Source: an uncultured archaeon (GTDB lineage: Archaea > Thermoplasmatota > Thermoplasmata > Thermoplasmatales > Thermoplasmataceae). From it: DNA of 64,000 nucleotides. The position numbers and the translations under genes are program-made. The stretch is taken from positions 1,312,001-1,376,000 of the forward strand of contig CP009479.1 of the NCBI GenBank assembly GCA_000965745.1. The letters run 5' to 3'. Of the stretch, positions 9,974 to 20,339 are shown one piece after another. Within the stretch, counting starts at the first letter, position 1, and each line of letters starts with the position of its first letter. Under the pieces are notes generated by a model. It did not search any database. It was given only the letters and a program-made list of their open reading frames with translations, and was not told where the DNA came from.

Positions 9974-10570
9974 TTGAAAGGCAAGAAGCAACTCGAAATA
10001 TACCTTGAAGGGCTCGAAAAGAAAACCCGGTACATCAATTTTCTGGAGCAATATCCTACAGATTCTTCCTCCGCTTCATATGTCCTTAATGTTGCCTACA
10101 ATGACGGAAACATAGGGGGCAGAAATATTCTAGACCTCGGGACGGGCAACGGAATATTTGCCTGTGGTGCGAGAGCTTTGGGGGCTGCAAGTGTTGTGGG
10201 CATGGATGTTGACGAGGAGCAGATAGCAGTAGCAATACGAAACTGCGGTTCTGACGGTGTAGATTTTGTTGCAGCATCTGTGGAATCTGCGGCCGGTTCC
10301 TATGACACAGTCATAATGAATGCCCCCTTCGGATCAGTGAATGCCCATGCTGACCTTCCGTTTCTCGAGAAAGCTGTAGAGCTTGGAGAGTTTATTTACT
10401 CTATTCACAACATAAAATCCCGTGATTTTGTTCGGAATTTCTACATGGGAAAGGGTGAGATTTTCAGGGAGGAGATCTTGGACATAACGGTTGGAAGACT
10501 TTATAAGCACCACAGGAAGGACAGGGCAACTATCAGGTCCGTTTTCTTTTCAGTCAGGGTAGAACACTGA
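9974..10570 (+). CDS. METTL5-like SAM-dependent RNA methyltransferase
   Basis: LEQYPT, DLGTGNG motif I, motif IV NAPF (NPPF-like), YSIHN. Confidence 0.85.
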   Translation: MKGKKQLEIYLEGLEKKTRYINFLEQYPTDSSSASYVLNVAYNDGNIGGRNILDLGTGNGIFACGARALGAASVVGMDVDEEQIAVAIRNCGSDGVDFVAASVESAAGSYDTVIMNAPFGSVNAHADLPFLEKAVELGEFIYSIHNIKSRDFVRNFYMGKGEIFREEILDITVGRLYKHHRKDRATIRSVFFSVRVEH

Positions 10571-10620
10571 ATAATGCGCGAAACAATAATTAATGCAGAG
10601 CCAATCACACCTTAAATAAT

Positions 10621-10693
10621 GGCCGGGGTGGGGTAGTGGATATCCTTGGGGACTGTGGATCCCCGGACCCGGGTTCAATTCCCGGTCCCGGCC
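10621..10693 (+). tRNA. tRNA-His (GUG), intronless, genome-encoded G-1, CCA not encoded
   Basis: Acceptor GCCGGGG/TCCCGGC, anticodon arm GGGGA-CTGTGGA-TCCCC, T-arm CCGGG-TTCAATT-CCCGG, discriminator C. Confidence 0.95.
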
Positions 10694-10855
10694 CTCTCCT
10701 TCACACCAGGCAGGCTTCCCGGCCTTTCTTTGGGGCAAATGCAAATTGTCAAGCAACACTGGCATCTCCCGCCAAATTCATCTGGATTTCGGTTTTTGAT
10801 TCAGTTGCAGGGGACGCATAACATATAATTATGTAAGAGATAAGGGGAAGTAACA

Positions 10856-12325
10856 ATGAACGCAGAAGATATACTGGGCTACGCAAGAAGGACCGGCATG
10901 TTCTGGTCTGCGGCAGAAATATACGGCGGCTCAGCCGGCATTTACGATTACGGCCACACAGGAGCTACACTCAAGCGCAATTTTGAGTCTCTCTGGCTTT
11001 CATACTTTGTTGAAAGAAACCAGAATTACTTTCTCATAGACGGTTCCACACTGCTTCCGGAAAAACCGCTGATAGCCTCCGGGCACGCAGAGAGGTTCAA
11101 CGACATCCTGATAGGATGCAAAAAATGCAAGTCGTACTATCGGGCGGACATGCTACTTTCGGAACTTGGCATTGAAATACACGAAGGAGCAGCCCCGTCT
11201 GAGGTCGACGAGACAGTCAGGTCAAACAGCCTGAGGTGCCCCAAGTGCAACGGGGAATTCGGGCCGTCCAGGGCCTTCAACATGATGATCGACGTTTCAC
11301 TGGGACCAGAGAAGTCGGACAGAGGATACCTGAGGCCGGAGACCGCCCAGTCGGCATTCCTGAACTTCTATCGCGAGTTCAACTCTCTCAGGCAGAAGCT
11401 CCCCCTTGGACTGGCTATTATCGGGAGAGCATACAGGAATGAGATCTCACCAAGGCAGGGCCTTTACAGGCTCAGGGAGTTGATACAGGCAGAGCTGCAG
11501 ATTTTCTTCGATGAGAAGAACTGGGAACCTGACATCAGCGATTATGCAGGGGATGAGATGAGTGTCGTAACTTACCCGAAGGGTCAGCAGGAGAGGGTTA
11601 AGGCCAAAGACCTCCTTGAACTTGGGTACCCTGGTTTCTATGTATACCACATGGCGCTGATTCACAGGTTCTATGTTGATGTGCTCGGTATTCCGGAGGA
11701 GAAATTCAGGTTCTACGAGAAGGGCGGCGATGACAAGGCCTTTTACAACAAGGTCCACATGGATATAGAGCTTGATATTCAGAGCTGGGGCGGCTTCAAG
11801 GAAGTTGGCGGCCTGCATTACAGGGGAGACTATGATCTGTCATCCCATTCCAGGGGATCCAGCAAGAGTTTCAAGGTCAAGTCAGGAGGGAGAGAATTCT
11901 ATCCTAACGTACTCGAGCTCAGCTTTGGGGTTGACAGGAACATCTGGGCACAGATCGACATCCTCTACAGCAATGAGGGCCGGCAGGTCCTGTCCCTCAA
12001 GCCCTATATGGCACCTTATGCCGCAGCAGTGTTCCCCCTTCAGCACGACGAGGCAATAGAAAAGGAAGCTGAAAGCATTTTTTCAGGCATTTCCGGAAAA
12101 TTCAGGTCATTCATGGACTTCTCCGGCTCAATCGGTAAGCGTTATGCCAGAATGGACGAAATCGGCACCCCGTTCTGCATCACAGTTGACTATGAAACCG
12201 TAGACAACAGCTCTGACAACTATGGTACCGTGACAGTACGGTCAAGGGACAGCAGGGAGCAGAAAAGGGTAAGGGTATCAGATCTTGAGAGGTTTCTGTC
12301 AGATGCACTCAAGCCTGAATTCTGA
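10856..12325 (+). CDS. glyS: Glycyl-tRNA synthetase (alpha2, archaeal/eukaryotic type)
   Basis: YLRPETAQ, RNEISPRQGLYRLRE, ELSFGVDR, IGKRYARMDEIGTPF. Confidence 0.95.
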   Translation: MNAEDILGYARRTGMFWSAAEIYGGSAGIYDYGHTGATLKRNFESLWLSYFVERNQNYFLIDGSTLLPEKPLIASGHAERFNDILIGCKKCKSYYRADMLLSELGIEIHEGAAPSEVDETVRSNSLRCPKCNGEFGPSRAFNMMIDVSLGPEKSDRGYLRPETAQSAFLNFYREFNSLRQKLPLGLAIIGRAYRNEISPRQGLYRLRELIQAELQIFFDEKNWEPDISDYAGDEMSVVTYPKGQQERVKAKDLLELGYPGFYVYHMALIHRFYVDVLGIPEEKFRFYEKGGDDKAFYNKVHMDIELDIQSWGGFKEVGGLHYRGDYDLSSHSRGSSKSFKVKSGGREFYPNVLELSFGVDRNIWAQIDILYSNEGRQVLSLKPYMAPYAAAVFPLQHDEAIEKEAESIFSGISGKFRSFMDFSGSIGKRYARMDEIGTPFCITVDYETVDNSSDNYGTVTVRSRDSREQKRVRVSDLERFLSDALKPEF

Positions 12326-12373
12326 TGCCATTATGCCGTCTCTGCAGACTTTCTCAAAGATTGCGGGGGCGCA

Positions 12374-12885
12374 TCAGATTATTCTCACCATAACGAGAAA
12401 GCAATAATAACTGCCGTTTACTTTCATCTCATCCCTTAAGTGCCCTGCCTTCTCGAAGCCGCTTCCTGTAGAGATGCATGGCAGGAGCCTGTGCTTTGCA
12501 TACTGTAAGGATCACCTTATGCGCTCCCTGTTATCAGAAATGACTGAAAGCGCCTTGTCTAGCAGGCCATGGCCTACTCCAGTTCCAAGAATGCATGGCG
12601 TTACAAAGAAGCTGAAAATTTCCGCCACATGGCCAGCTCTTGCCCTGTTCCTGAAACTTTATCCAATCATACCGACAAGCCTGTCCCGCCGGTCAGCCGC
12701 AAAAAAAGAAGTCTGCTCATCCTTTCCTTCCAGAAATCCTCTTCGCGGTCAGTCCCACTGTCTCTGGCTGAAAGAAACGCAAGAAGATCACTACGCATCG
12801 CTTCGAGGCGCAGCTTCCTGTAACCTGCCCATTTCGAAAGTGGCATCCGCATTATCTCGAAGTCTCTGTTGACGCGTTCCAACAC
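12374..12885 (-). pseudogene. GNAT acetyltransferase pseudogene
   Basis: GNAT segments spread over different frames: YRKLRLEAM..AF..FWKER / LVGMIG*..HVAEIFSFFVTP..GTGVGHGLL / KVILTV...APAMHLYRK / GFEKAG..DEMKVNG; three frameshifts plus an in-frame TAA at 12659-12661. Confidence 0.8.
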
Positions 12886-12923
12886 TGCCCTTTACGGCAT
12901 GAAGCGGATTAATACATCCCCTC

Positions 12924-13310
12924 TTACGCTGAGACTGTGGAAGCTACAATAAGCGCAAGGATTGTTCCATAAACGACAGTTGCAAGGTAAATCCCAATGA
13001 ATGTGTATGAAACGTATCTTTTCATCCTCCTGCTCACGCCCATGTCGTACACGATCCCTTTCACTCCGTTAAGTGCGTGGTAGGTTATGATCCAGACAAA
13101 CACGAGGAAGAAGGCAAGCCACCAGGGATTGCTCAGATTCCTGACAATCGAGTCAAACAGTTCAATGGGAGAACCACCGTTTATGTGGGCGACATAGAGG
13201 TGCACCGCCATGAAGAACACCAGAAACATTCCGCTTGATGCCTGGAGAAACCATTTTACCGTTGTGAAGCGGTCTCTCGTCCCATAGCTCCTCTTGCGCG
13301 CATCTTCCAT
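12924..13310 (-). CDS. sdhD: Succinate dehydrogenase membrane anchor subunit D
   Basis: WFLQASSG..HLYVAH..YHALNGV; ATG at 13310 overlaps the sdhC stop (TAATG). Confidence 0.88.
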   Translation of the reverse strand: MEDARKRSYGTRDRFTTVKWFLQASSGMFLVFFMAVHLYVAHINGGSPIELFDSIVRNLSNPWWLAFFLVFVWIITYHALNGVKGIVYDMGVSRRMKRYVSYTFIGIYLATVVYGTILALIVASTVSA

Positions 13311-13717
13311 TACAAACCACTTCCCGACAGAACGGCCTGCCAAGCATAGTAGAGAAACAGGAGCATAAGCGCCATTGCACCTGCTTCGAGCACGAAGAAC
13401 AGAGCTTTGTGGTGTGCCAGGCCGAGGCCCATTTCATTGAGCATTAGCCTTACGCCGTTTGCCCCATGGTAAAATATGACGACAGTGAGCAGCACATCCA
13501 TAACAATGAATATCCCGTACGGTCCATAGGCTGCCGCTCTTACAACGGCATCGAATGTTGCCTGCCCTCTGAGAAGATTTGAGAGCACAGCATAATGGAG
13601 ATAGAGGTAGAAAACTATCACAACACCGGAAAATCTGTGCATGCTGTAAGCGAAAAAGCCGAGCCCTTTTCGGTCGAAACGGAACCAGCTTATAATACTC
13701 GCCTTGTGTTCAGTCAT
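13310..13717 (-). CDS. sdhC: Succinate dehydrogenase cytochrome b subunit C
   Basis: HRFSG and YHGANGVR heme-ligand motifs; three TM helices. Confidence 0.9.
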   Translation of the reverse strand: MTEHKASIISWFRFDRKGLGFFAYSMHRFSGVVIVFYLYLHYAVLSNLLRGQATFDAVVRAAAYGPYGIFIVMDVLLTVVIFYHGANGVRLMLNEMGLGLAHHKALFFVLEAGAMALMLLFLYYAWQAVLSGSGL

Positions 13718-14448
13718 TTCCGCCTCCCCCTGATAAGCCCTGAGATCTCATGCTTGAAGACCTGCCATCTCAGTTTCTGTATTGCGGATGACGGATCCAC
13801 ACCCTTAGGGCAAACTTCGGAACATTCTCCGGCATAATGGCACCTGGAAGTGCCCTCTTCCGTGCCAATTGCCTCAAGCCTGTATTTTCCACCTTCGTCC
13901 CTGCTGTCGAGGTTGTACCTGAGAACTGCAGTCAGAGATGCCGGGCCAAGATAATCCTCGTCAGTTCCGACTATGGGGCAGGCTGCCATGCAGAGCCCGC
14001 ATTTGATGCACATGGAATATTGTTCATACTTCTGAAACTGTTCAGGGGTCTGCAGCAACTCTGAGCTGTAATCGCCATAGTCTTCCCTTATTATGTAAGG
14101 GAGACCTTTCCTGTACTTGTCAAAAAACGAATCCAGATCAACGACAAGATCCTTTATCACGTCAAAGTGCCTGATTGGCTCAACCCTGATCTTGTCGGTC
14201 TTAAGGCTAGAAGCAATGGTGGAGCAGGCCATTTTCGGTTTTCCATTCACCTCAACGGCACAGCTTCCACATATCTCCATCGTGCATGAGTACCTCATCG
14301 ACAGGGTCTGATCCAGGTTCTCTTTGATATAAAGAAGCCCTTCAAACACAGTTGAGATCCTGTCCTTTGGCACGCTGTAATCTGAGTAGCTAACCTTTCC
14401 ATGATCATCCTTCCTCTTGATGGTGAACTCATACTCATTCCCGCTCAT
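13714..14448 (-). CDS. sdhB: Succinate dehydrogenase iron-sulfur subunit
   Basis: SCTMEICGSC, CIKCGLCMAACP, CHYAGECSEVCP. Confidence 0.95.
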   Translation of the reverse strand: MSGNEYEFTIKRKDDHGKVSYSDYSVPKDRISTVFEGLLYIKENLDQTLSMRYSCTMEICGSCAVEVNGKPKMACSTIASSLKTDKIRVEPIRHFDVIKDLVVDLDSFFDKYRKGLPYIIREDYGDYSSELLQTPEQFQKYEQYSMCIKCGLCMAACPIVGTDEDYLGPASLTAVLRYNLDSRDEGGKYRLEAIGTEEGTSRCHYAGECSEVCPKGVDPSSAIQKLRWQVFKHEISGLIRGRRK

Positions 14449-14457
14449 AGCATCATC

Positions 14458-16161
14458 TCAGTACACTCTCTCGGCCGGCTGCCACTTCGTGATCCTTACC
14501 GGGGAATATTCAAGCCTTGGCCCATCACGGGTGTAGGTTGCTATTGTATGCTTCAGGAAATTATCGTCATCCCTTTTGGGAAAGTCCTTCCTGTAATGCG
14601 CACCCCGGCTTTCTTTCCTCTCAAAAGCACCCTTTGCCACAATCTCCGCCAGATCAAGCATGTAACCAACTTCAAGGGCCCACTGAAGTTCTGTATTGAA
14701 AACATTTGATTTATCCTGGATGCTGATCCTGCTATAACGTTCCTTGAGCTCATAGATCGTCTTTATTGCTGATTCCAGCTTCTCTCCCGTCTTAAAAACT
14801 CCCACATTAACGTCCATTGTATGCCCGAGATCGGATCTTATTGCGGCCACATTTTCTCCTCCATCTCTGCGCATAATGTCTTCCCAGAGCCTTTTTTCCT
14901 CTTCTCTAATCTTGTCGTGGTTCAGATCGGGAATTCCGTGCGAAGAGGCAAATTCTGCTGCTTTCTTCCCCGCTACATTCCCCAGGGCGAGACATTCATT
15001 TGTGGAGTTGGAACCAAGGCGATTGGCACCATGTATGCTTATGGAGGCATTCTCTCCGGCCCCGAATACCCCGGGAACCACTGTCTCTGTGCCTATACCG
15101 ACACTCACGCCTCCCATGGTATAGTGTGTTGCGGGCCTGACAGGAATCGGTCCTTCGGCAGCGTCTATGTTGTTGAATTTCCTCGCTATATCTGTGATCA
15201 TGGGCAGCCTTTCTTCGAGCTTATCTGCAATATGGGTCAGGTCAAGGTTTATGTACTCTATATTCCCGTATCCTCCCCTGACTCCCCTGCCAGCTTCGAT
15301 TTCCCACATCATGGCCCTTGAAACTATGTCTCTCGGCGCCTCTTCGAGCTTTGTAGGGGCATAATGCTCCATGAACCTCTTCCCTTCGGAATTCCTCAAG
15401 TAGCCTCCTTCGGCTCTCGCAGCTTCAGTAATAAGGATGCCGGAAGGGACCAGGCCTGTCGGGTGAAACTGCACAAATTCCATGTCCTTGAGTGGGATTC
15501 CCGCCCTGTAGGCTATTGCATCCCCATCACCAGTTGTTGAATGGGCGCAAGTGCTGAACCGGTACATGCGCCCTCCTCCACCAGCTGCAAGAATAAGCGA
15601 TTTAGACTGAAAGATGGTATATTCTCCGGTTCTTAGATTTATTGTGGTCATGGCGTTGAACCTGTTGCTGTCCACCGAGATTGATGTTGCAAAATATTCG
15701 TTATAGAAGTGAATCCTGTCATACATCAGGCATCTGCTGTAAAGCGTTTGCATAACATGAAAACCGGTTTTGTCCGCGGCAAAGACAGCCCTGGGAAAGC
15801 TGAGTCCTCCAAAATCCCGCTGTGATATCCGGCCATCTTCGGCCCTGCTCCACGGGCATCCCCAGTGGTCGGTAGTGTATATCTGTTCAGGGACGAGCTT
15901 TACAAACTCCTCGACAGCATCCTGATCAGCCAGGTAGTCACTGCCTTTGATCGTGTCATAGGAATGAAGATCAAAATTGTCCTCAGGGTCGAGGACAGCA
16001 CTTGTACCGCCTTCTGCAGCAACCGAATGCGACCTCAGTGGATACAGTTTTGACACAAGCCCAACAGTGATTTCTCCGTTTGACTCAACGGCTGCAATTG
16101 CAGCTCTTAGGCCTGCAAGTCCTCCACCCATTATAATTACGTCTTCTCTGATAATCTCCAA
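14458..16161 (-). CDS. sdhA: Succinate dehydrogenase flavoprotein subunit
   Basis: GGGLAG, RSHSVAAEGG (covalent-FAD His), QFHPT, HYTMGG, HGANRLGSNS. Confidence 0.95.
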   Translation of the reverse strand: MEIIREDVIIMGGGLAGLRAAIAAVESNGEITVGLVSKLYPLRSHSVAAEGGTSAVLDPEDNFDLHSYDTIKGSDYLADQDAVEEFVKLVPEQIYTTDHWGCPWSRAEDGRISQRDFGGLSFPRAVFAADKTGFHVMQTLYSRCLMYDRIHFYNEYFATSISVDSNRFNAMTTINLRTGEYTIFQSKSLILAAGGGGRMYRFSTCAHSTTGDGDAIAYRAGIPLKDMEFVQFHPTGLVPSGILITEAARAEGGYLRNSEGKRFMEHYAPTKLEEAPRDIVSRAMMWEIEAGRGVRGGYGNIEYINLDLTHIADKLEERLPMITDIARKFNNIDAAEGPIPVRPATHYTMGGVSVGIGTETVVPGVFGAGENASISIHGANRLGSNSTNECLALGNVAGKKAAEFASSHGIPDLNHDKIREEEKRLWEDIMRRDGGENVAAIRSDLGHTMDVNVGVFKTGEKLESAIKTIYELKERYSRISIQDKSNVFNTELQWALEVGYMLDLAEIVAKGAFERKESRGAHYRKDFPKRDDDNFLKHTIATYTRDGPRLEYSPVRITKWQPAERVY

Positions 16162-16255
16162 AACGATTACCTTTAAATTTATCGACTTAGTACATATAAA
16201 CGGGTAGCCGTAACCCTAATAGATTTTCTAGTTGCTAATATATAATAAATTGATT

Positions 16256-16289
16256 GAAAATGGTTATTCACGCATGCAAAACCATTTTC
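16256..16289. promoter_or_regulatory. Perfect inverted repeat GAAAATGGTT-N14-AACCATTTTC between katE and the sdhA promoter
   Basis: 10-bp perfect arms read directly from the sequence; function (operator or terminator) unknown. Confidence 0.4.
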
Positions 16290-16351
16290 CTGAAGGGTAA
16301 AATGAAAAAAAAATCATGCCTGAACAGCTGCATTTCCAGCATTAATCATTT

Positions 16352-17824
16352 CTAAGCCTCGGGGCTCCTGATTCCGAGAAGATCTGCTATACGGTTTCCA
16401 TAATCCCTGTCTGCTTTGTGGAAGTATTCGAGCTGCCTCTCTACAATGTTTTTCTCGACAACCTTCAGGTCATTGGCAATGTTCTCCGCCAGGATGGACT
16501 TCTGCTCTTCAGACATGATCCTGTAGAGGTTTCCTGCCTGTACAAAGTCGTCATCCTCAGAGTGGTTTGTGTAAGGGACAGAATCTGCATTTCCCTCAAC
16601 TCTGTACTCCTTTTTTCTGGCATAGCGTGAGGCTACCGGACCGTTGAACGAATTGGGCTCGTAGTTAACCCTTCCTTCTGAGTTATCGTCCACCCTCATG
16701 TAGCCGTCCCTGTAGTAATTCTCAGCATTCGAGAGGTGCGGGCTGTTCACCGGAATGGAGGTGTAGTTTACTCCCAGCCTGTACCTGTGTGTATCGGCAT
16801 AGGAAAATGTTCTTGCCTGCAGCATCTTGTCTGGGGAAAACTCTACTCCTGGAACTACATTTCCCGGAGAGAAGGCTGCCTGCTCAACTTCAGCAAAGTA
16901 GTTCTTGGGGTTCCTGTCGAGAACCATTTTTCCAATTTCATGAAGCGGGTAATCCGTATGGGGCCAGACCTTCGTGACGTCGAAGGGGTTGAACCTGTAA
17001 GTCCAGGCATCATCATAGGGCATTATCTGCACATAAACTGTCCATGTGGGGCACTCTCCCCTTTCTATAGCATCGTAAAGATCCAGGGTATGGAAATCCG
17101 GGGTTTCCCCTGCAAGTTTTGCGGCCCGGTCCACTGGCATGTTCTTTATGCCCTGGTCAGTCTTGAAATGATATTTAACCCAAACGGCTTCATCTTTTTC
17201 ATTCACCCACTTGAACGTGTGGCCGCTGTATCCGTTCATATTCCTGTAACTGTACGGTATTCCTCTGTCCGAGTACAGTATTGTCACCTGGTGCATGCTT
17301 TCAGGGGAATGTGAAAAGAAGTCCCACACCATGTTTGGATTCTTGGCGTTCGTGGTGGGGTCCCTCTTCTGTGAGTGTATAAAATCAGGAAATTTAATTC
17401 CATCCCTGATGAAAAACACAGGAGTGTTGTTCATTACGAGATCATAGTTCCCCTCCTCCGTGTACATCTTGACCGCGAATCCTCTCGGGTCCCTCACGGT
17501 ATCAGCGGATCCCCTTTCTCCTGCAACAGTTGAAAATCTGACAAAGAGGGGAGTCTTCTTTCCCTTTCCATGCAGGAACTTGGCCCTTGTGTACCTGGAC
17601 ACATCGGAAGTAGTCTCGAAATAACCGAACGCTCCTGCACCCTTCGCATGCACTACCCTCTCGGGGATGCGTTCCCTGTCAAAATGGGCCAGTTTCTCAA
17701 TCAGGTATACATCTTCGAGAAGGGTCGGGCCGTCAGAACCGGCTGTCACGGAATTCTGGTTATCCCCAACAGGGATCCCGTGCTGTGATGTAAGCTGGTC
17801 ATCGCTCTTCCTGTCATCACTCAT
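16352..17824 (-). CDS. katE: Monofunctional small-subunit heme catalase
   Basis: [27 protein letters not shown], proximal-Tyr motif [14 protein letters not shown]; start may instead be 17836. Confidence 0.95.
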   Translation of the reverse strand: MSDDRKSDDQLTSQHGIPVGDNQNSVTAGSDGPTLLEDVYLIEKLAHFDRERIPERVVHAKGAGAFGYFETTSDVSRYTRAKFLHGKGKKTPLFVRFSTVAGERGSADTVRDPRGFAVKMYTEEGNYDLVMNNTPVFFIRDGIKFPDFIHSQKRDPTTNAKNPNMVWDFFSHSPESMHQVTILYSDRGIPYSYRNMNGYSGHTFKWVNEKDEAVWVKYHFKTDQGIKNMPVDRAAKLAGETPDFHTLDLYDAIERGECPTWTVYVQIMPYDDAWTYRFNPFDVTKVWPHTDYPLHEIGKMVLDRNPKNYFAEVEQAAFSPGNVVPGVEFSPDKMLQARTFSYADTHRYRLGVNYTSIPVNSPHLSNAENYYRDGYMRVDDNSEGRVNYEPNSFNGPVASRYARKKEYRVEGNADSVPYTNHSEDDDFVQAGNLYRIMSEEQKSILAENIANDLKVVEKNIVERQLEYFHKADRDYGNRIADLLGIRSPEA

Positions 17825-17959
17825 AAAATCACGCAATATGAACTAGCAAAGCCGTGTATAAATACATTTTTAAAACTCCCGCAGCAGTATTCAAATTGCA
17901 TTCTAATGGTGCTTACATCCATGGTTTGGATTAATATGTGCCATCCGCCTGTCAAAAAC

Positions 17960-18391
17960 ATGACCGGCAACGTTGATTTTGAGGGAACATGGGAGCTCAT
18001 TTCTTTCCGCAACGAAGGAGAAGACGGATCAGTCAACTACCCTTTCGGCAAGAATCCGAGGGGAATGATCTGGTATGACAGAAACGGGTACATGGGCGTA
18101 AACATCATGCCTGAAGAAAGGTTGAAATTCGAGTCGGGCGACATGTTTGTGGCCACGGAAAGGGAACTCAGGGACGCCATCAGGTATATTGCTTACTCTG
18201 GAAAATTTGAGGTGAAGGAAAATAAAGTGATACACAAGATCGAAGTTGCATTGTTCCCGAACTGGGTCGGACGTGATCAGGAGAGATTCTACAAGATAGA
18301 CGGCAACAGGCTTACTCTCACAACAAAGCCAATGAAATTCGAAGGAAAACAGGTAATCTCACGTCTGGTGTGGGAACATACAGGTCAATAA
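17960..18391 (+). CDS. Lipocalin-like domain protein
   Basis: GTWELISF...P.GMIWYD..GYM...YIAYSG.F...FPNWVG.DQER...LVWE pattern of the Lipocalin_5-like family. Confidence 0.8.
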   Translation: MTGNVDFEGTWELISFRNEGEDGSVNYPFGKNPRGMIWYDRNGYMGVNIMPEERLKFESGDMFVATERELRDAIRYIAYSGKFEVKENKVIHKIEVALFPNWVGRDQERFYKIDGNRLTLTTKPMKFEGKQVISRLVWEHTGQ

Positions 18392-18403
18392 AAGTTAGGT
18401 CGC

Positions 18404-19369
18404 TCAAGATACCTTGAGCGCTTTCCAGTCGTTCTTTGCAGGAGGTTTTCCCCTCTTTTTCTGGATGTAATTATAGGCAGACAGTGCTGCGGTAGCACCC
18501 TGTCCTGCTGAGATGACCGCCTGTTTGTATGGAACGTCAGTCACGTCCCCTGCTGCAAATATTCCGTCCACAGAAGTCCTGCAGTGGTTGTCCACGATTA
18601 TCTCTCCCTGCTTGTTCAGATCGACCAGCTCCTTGACAAAACCGGTTTTCGTTATGTAGCCGTTCTCAACAAATATACCTGAAACTTCCACTGTCCCTTC
18701 CTCGGAGGACCCATTCATGACCTTGATGGAATTGGCCGAAAAGTCGCCTTCAATAGATGACACCTTCGTGCCGTTCATGAAGGATACTTTTCCGCTTCTC
18801 TTGAGCGCTTCAATCATTTCTTCGTCTCCGAATGGTTTCTTTGAAGACTGAACAATATAGACATGCTCAGTTATTCCCGAAAGATAGTTTGCAGCTTCTA
18901 TGGCCTGGTCCCCATTTCCGACTACTGCGACTTTCGTTCCCTTGAAAAGTGGTCCATCGCAGACAGCACAATATGAGACACCTCTTCCCTTGAACTGCTC
19001 TTCTCCCGGAACGTTCAGGTCTCTAGGCGTCTTTCCGAAAGCCAGTATGAGTGCCTCAGATGAGTATGAAGCAAAAGGTGTCGTGAGTTGAAAACCTGGG
19101 CCCTCATTCTTCTCAACTCCGGTAACCTCATCGTAGGCAAATTCAACACCGTATTTCGTGACCTGTTCCTGAAATTTGTTCATCAGTTCAAAACCGCCAA
19201 TCTGTTCGTATCCTGGATAGTTCTGAATATCATTCGTTAGAAGTGCCTGCCCGCCTATGTCTTTTGTAATGACAAGGGTCCTCAATCCCTGCCTTCCCGT
19301 ATAGAGGGCTGCGGTAAGGCCCGCGGAGGCCCCGCCTATTATTATCACGTCGTATTTTTTCGATTCCAT
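18404..19369 (-). CDS. trxB: Second thioredoxin reductase-like flavoprotein
   Basis: [35 protein letters not shown]; downstream of thioredoxin. Confidence 0.9.
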   Translation of the reverse strand: MESKKYDVIIIGGASAGLTAALYTGRQGLRTLVITKDIGGQALLTNDIQNYPGYEQIGGFELMNKFQEQVTKYGVEFAYDEVTGVEKNEGPGFQLTTPFASYSSEALILAFGKTPRDLNVPGEEQFKGRGVSYCAVCDGPLFKGTKVAVVGNGDQAIEAANYLSGITEHVYIVQSSKKPFGDEEMIEALKRSGKVSFMNGTKVSSIEGDFSANSIKVMNGSSEEGTVEVSGIFVENGYITKTGFVKELVDLNKQGEIIVDNHCRTSVDGIFAAGDVTDVPYKQAVISAGQGATAALSAYNYIQKKRGKPPAKNDWKALKVS

Positions 19370-19397
19370 ATGCTGACCGTTATTGCCCTAGCCGGAC

Positions 19398-19826
19398 TCA
19401 GTTCAGGTGCGGCTGAATCTTTGACTCAATGTACTGCTTCGGTGCTGCACCAAGAAGTCCGTCTACTACTTTTCCATCTTTGAACACGAGAAGCGTGGGG
19501 ATGCTCCTTATCTGGAACGCTCCAGCAACAGACGGGTTCTCATCAACATTCAGCCTGCCGAATGTCATCTTTCCGGCATACTCCTTAGCGAGTTCATCTA
19601 TTATCGGTGAAACCATTCTGCAAGGTCCGCACCATTCAGCCCAGAAGTCAACGAGCATAACACTGTTCTTTCCAATCTCCTGGCTGAAATTGGAATCGGT
19701 CAGCTCTATAGGCTTCGTCGGATAGGACTCTACTTCTATTTTATCATCTCTGTTCTGATCATTCATTTTCATCATTTCCTCCATTTTTCTTTGTCTTATT
19801 GCTTCAATTTCTTTATCTGTATCCAT
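19398..19826 (-). CDS. trxA: Thioredoxin with N-terminal helical extension
   Basis: DFWAEWCGPC, SIPT. Confidence 0.95.
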   Translation of the reverse strand: MDTDKEIEAIRQRKMEEMMKMNDQNRDDKIEVESYPTKPIELTDSNFSQEIGKNSVMLVDFWAEWCGPCRMVSPIIDELAKEYAGKMTFGRLNVDENPSVAGAFQIRSIPTLLVFKDGKVVDGLLGAAPKQYIESKIQPHLN

Positions 19827-19837
19827 ACGGTTATCTC

Positions 19838-20233
19838 CTACTCAATCATCGATTTTATAGTTTGTTGAAGCTCGACCTCAACCGATCCCGCGAGTTCGTC
19901 AAGACCATCGAGGCCCGTGAGCTTTATTGCCTCAGTCGGCTTGAGCAGGGAGACTTTTGTTGAATCATTTTCTCTGTATATGGATATTTTGCATGGAAGT
20001 ACAAGACCTACGTCTTTATGGGTTTGTATGGCGTTTCCTGCATGCTTCGGATTGCAGACGTCGAGTATGAGGTATGGCTCAATTGTCTGATCATTCTTCT
20101 CTTTTAGGATTTTCTGGACGTCAATTCTGCTGAGAATGCCATAACCCTTTTCCTTCAGGCTTTCCTGGAGCATTTCAGCAACTTCCTCAACACCATTGTC
20201 CGTTGTTATCGTGTAGTCTATGTTTCCACCCAA
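19838..20233 (-). CDS. DUF302 family protein
   Basis: GYGILSRID...ILDVCNP...GLVLPCKISIY; probable TTG start at 20233 after SD GAGGTG. Confidence 0.88.
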   Translation of the reverse strand: MGGNIDYTITTDNGVEEVAEMLQESLKEKGYGILSRIDVQKILKEKNDQTIEPYLILDVCNPKHAGNAIQTHKDVGLVLPCKISIYRENDSTKVSLLKPTEAIKLTGLDGLDELAGSVEVELQQTIKSMIE

Positions 20234-20284
20234 TTTGCCCACCTCGGGCAATCCAGAATACTCACTTAGAATAAAAATCTCACG

Positions 20285-20307
20285 GTATTGCAAATATCAC
20301 ACAATAC
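20285..20307. promoter_or_regulatory. Palindrome GTATTG-N11-CAATAC in the divergent promoter region (candidate operator)
   Basis: Located between the DUF302 gene and the HTH regulator, next to a TTATA-like box. Confidence 0.45.
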
Positions 20308-20339
20308 TTATATTGGACTTTGTAATTTTAGAACGGGAA

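Noticed and set aside
10621-10855. tRNA-His as an integration site for a mobile element
   Set aside because: No integrase and no duplicated tRNA 3' end seen in the window; housekeeping glyS follows directly
12474-12872. Plus-strand ORFs of 132 and 84 aa
   Set aside because: No motifs; they are antisense shadows of the GNAT pseudogene
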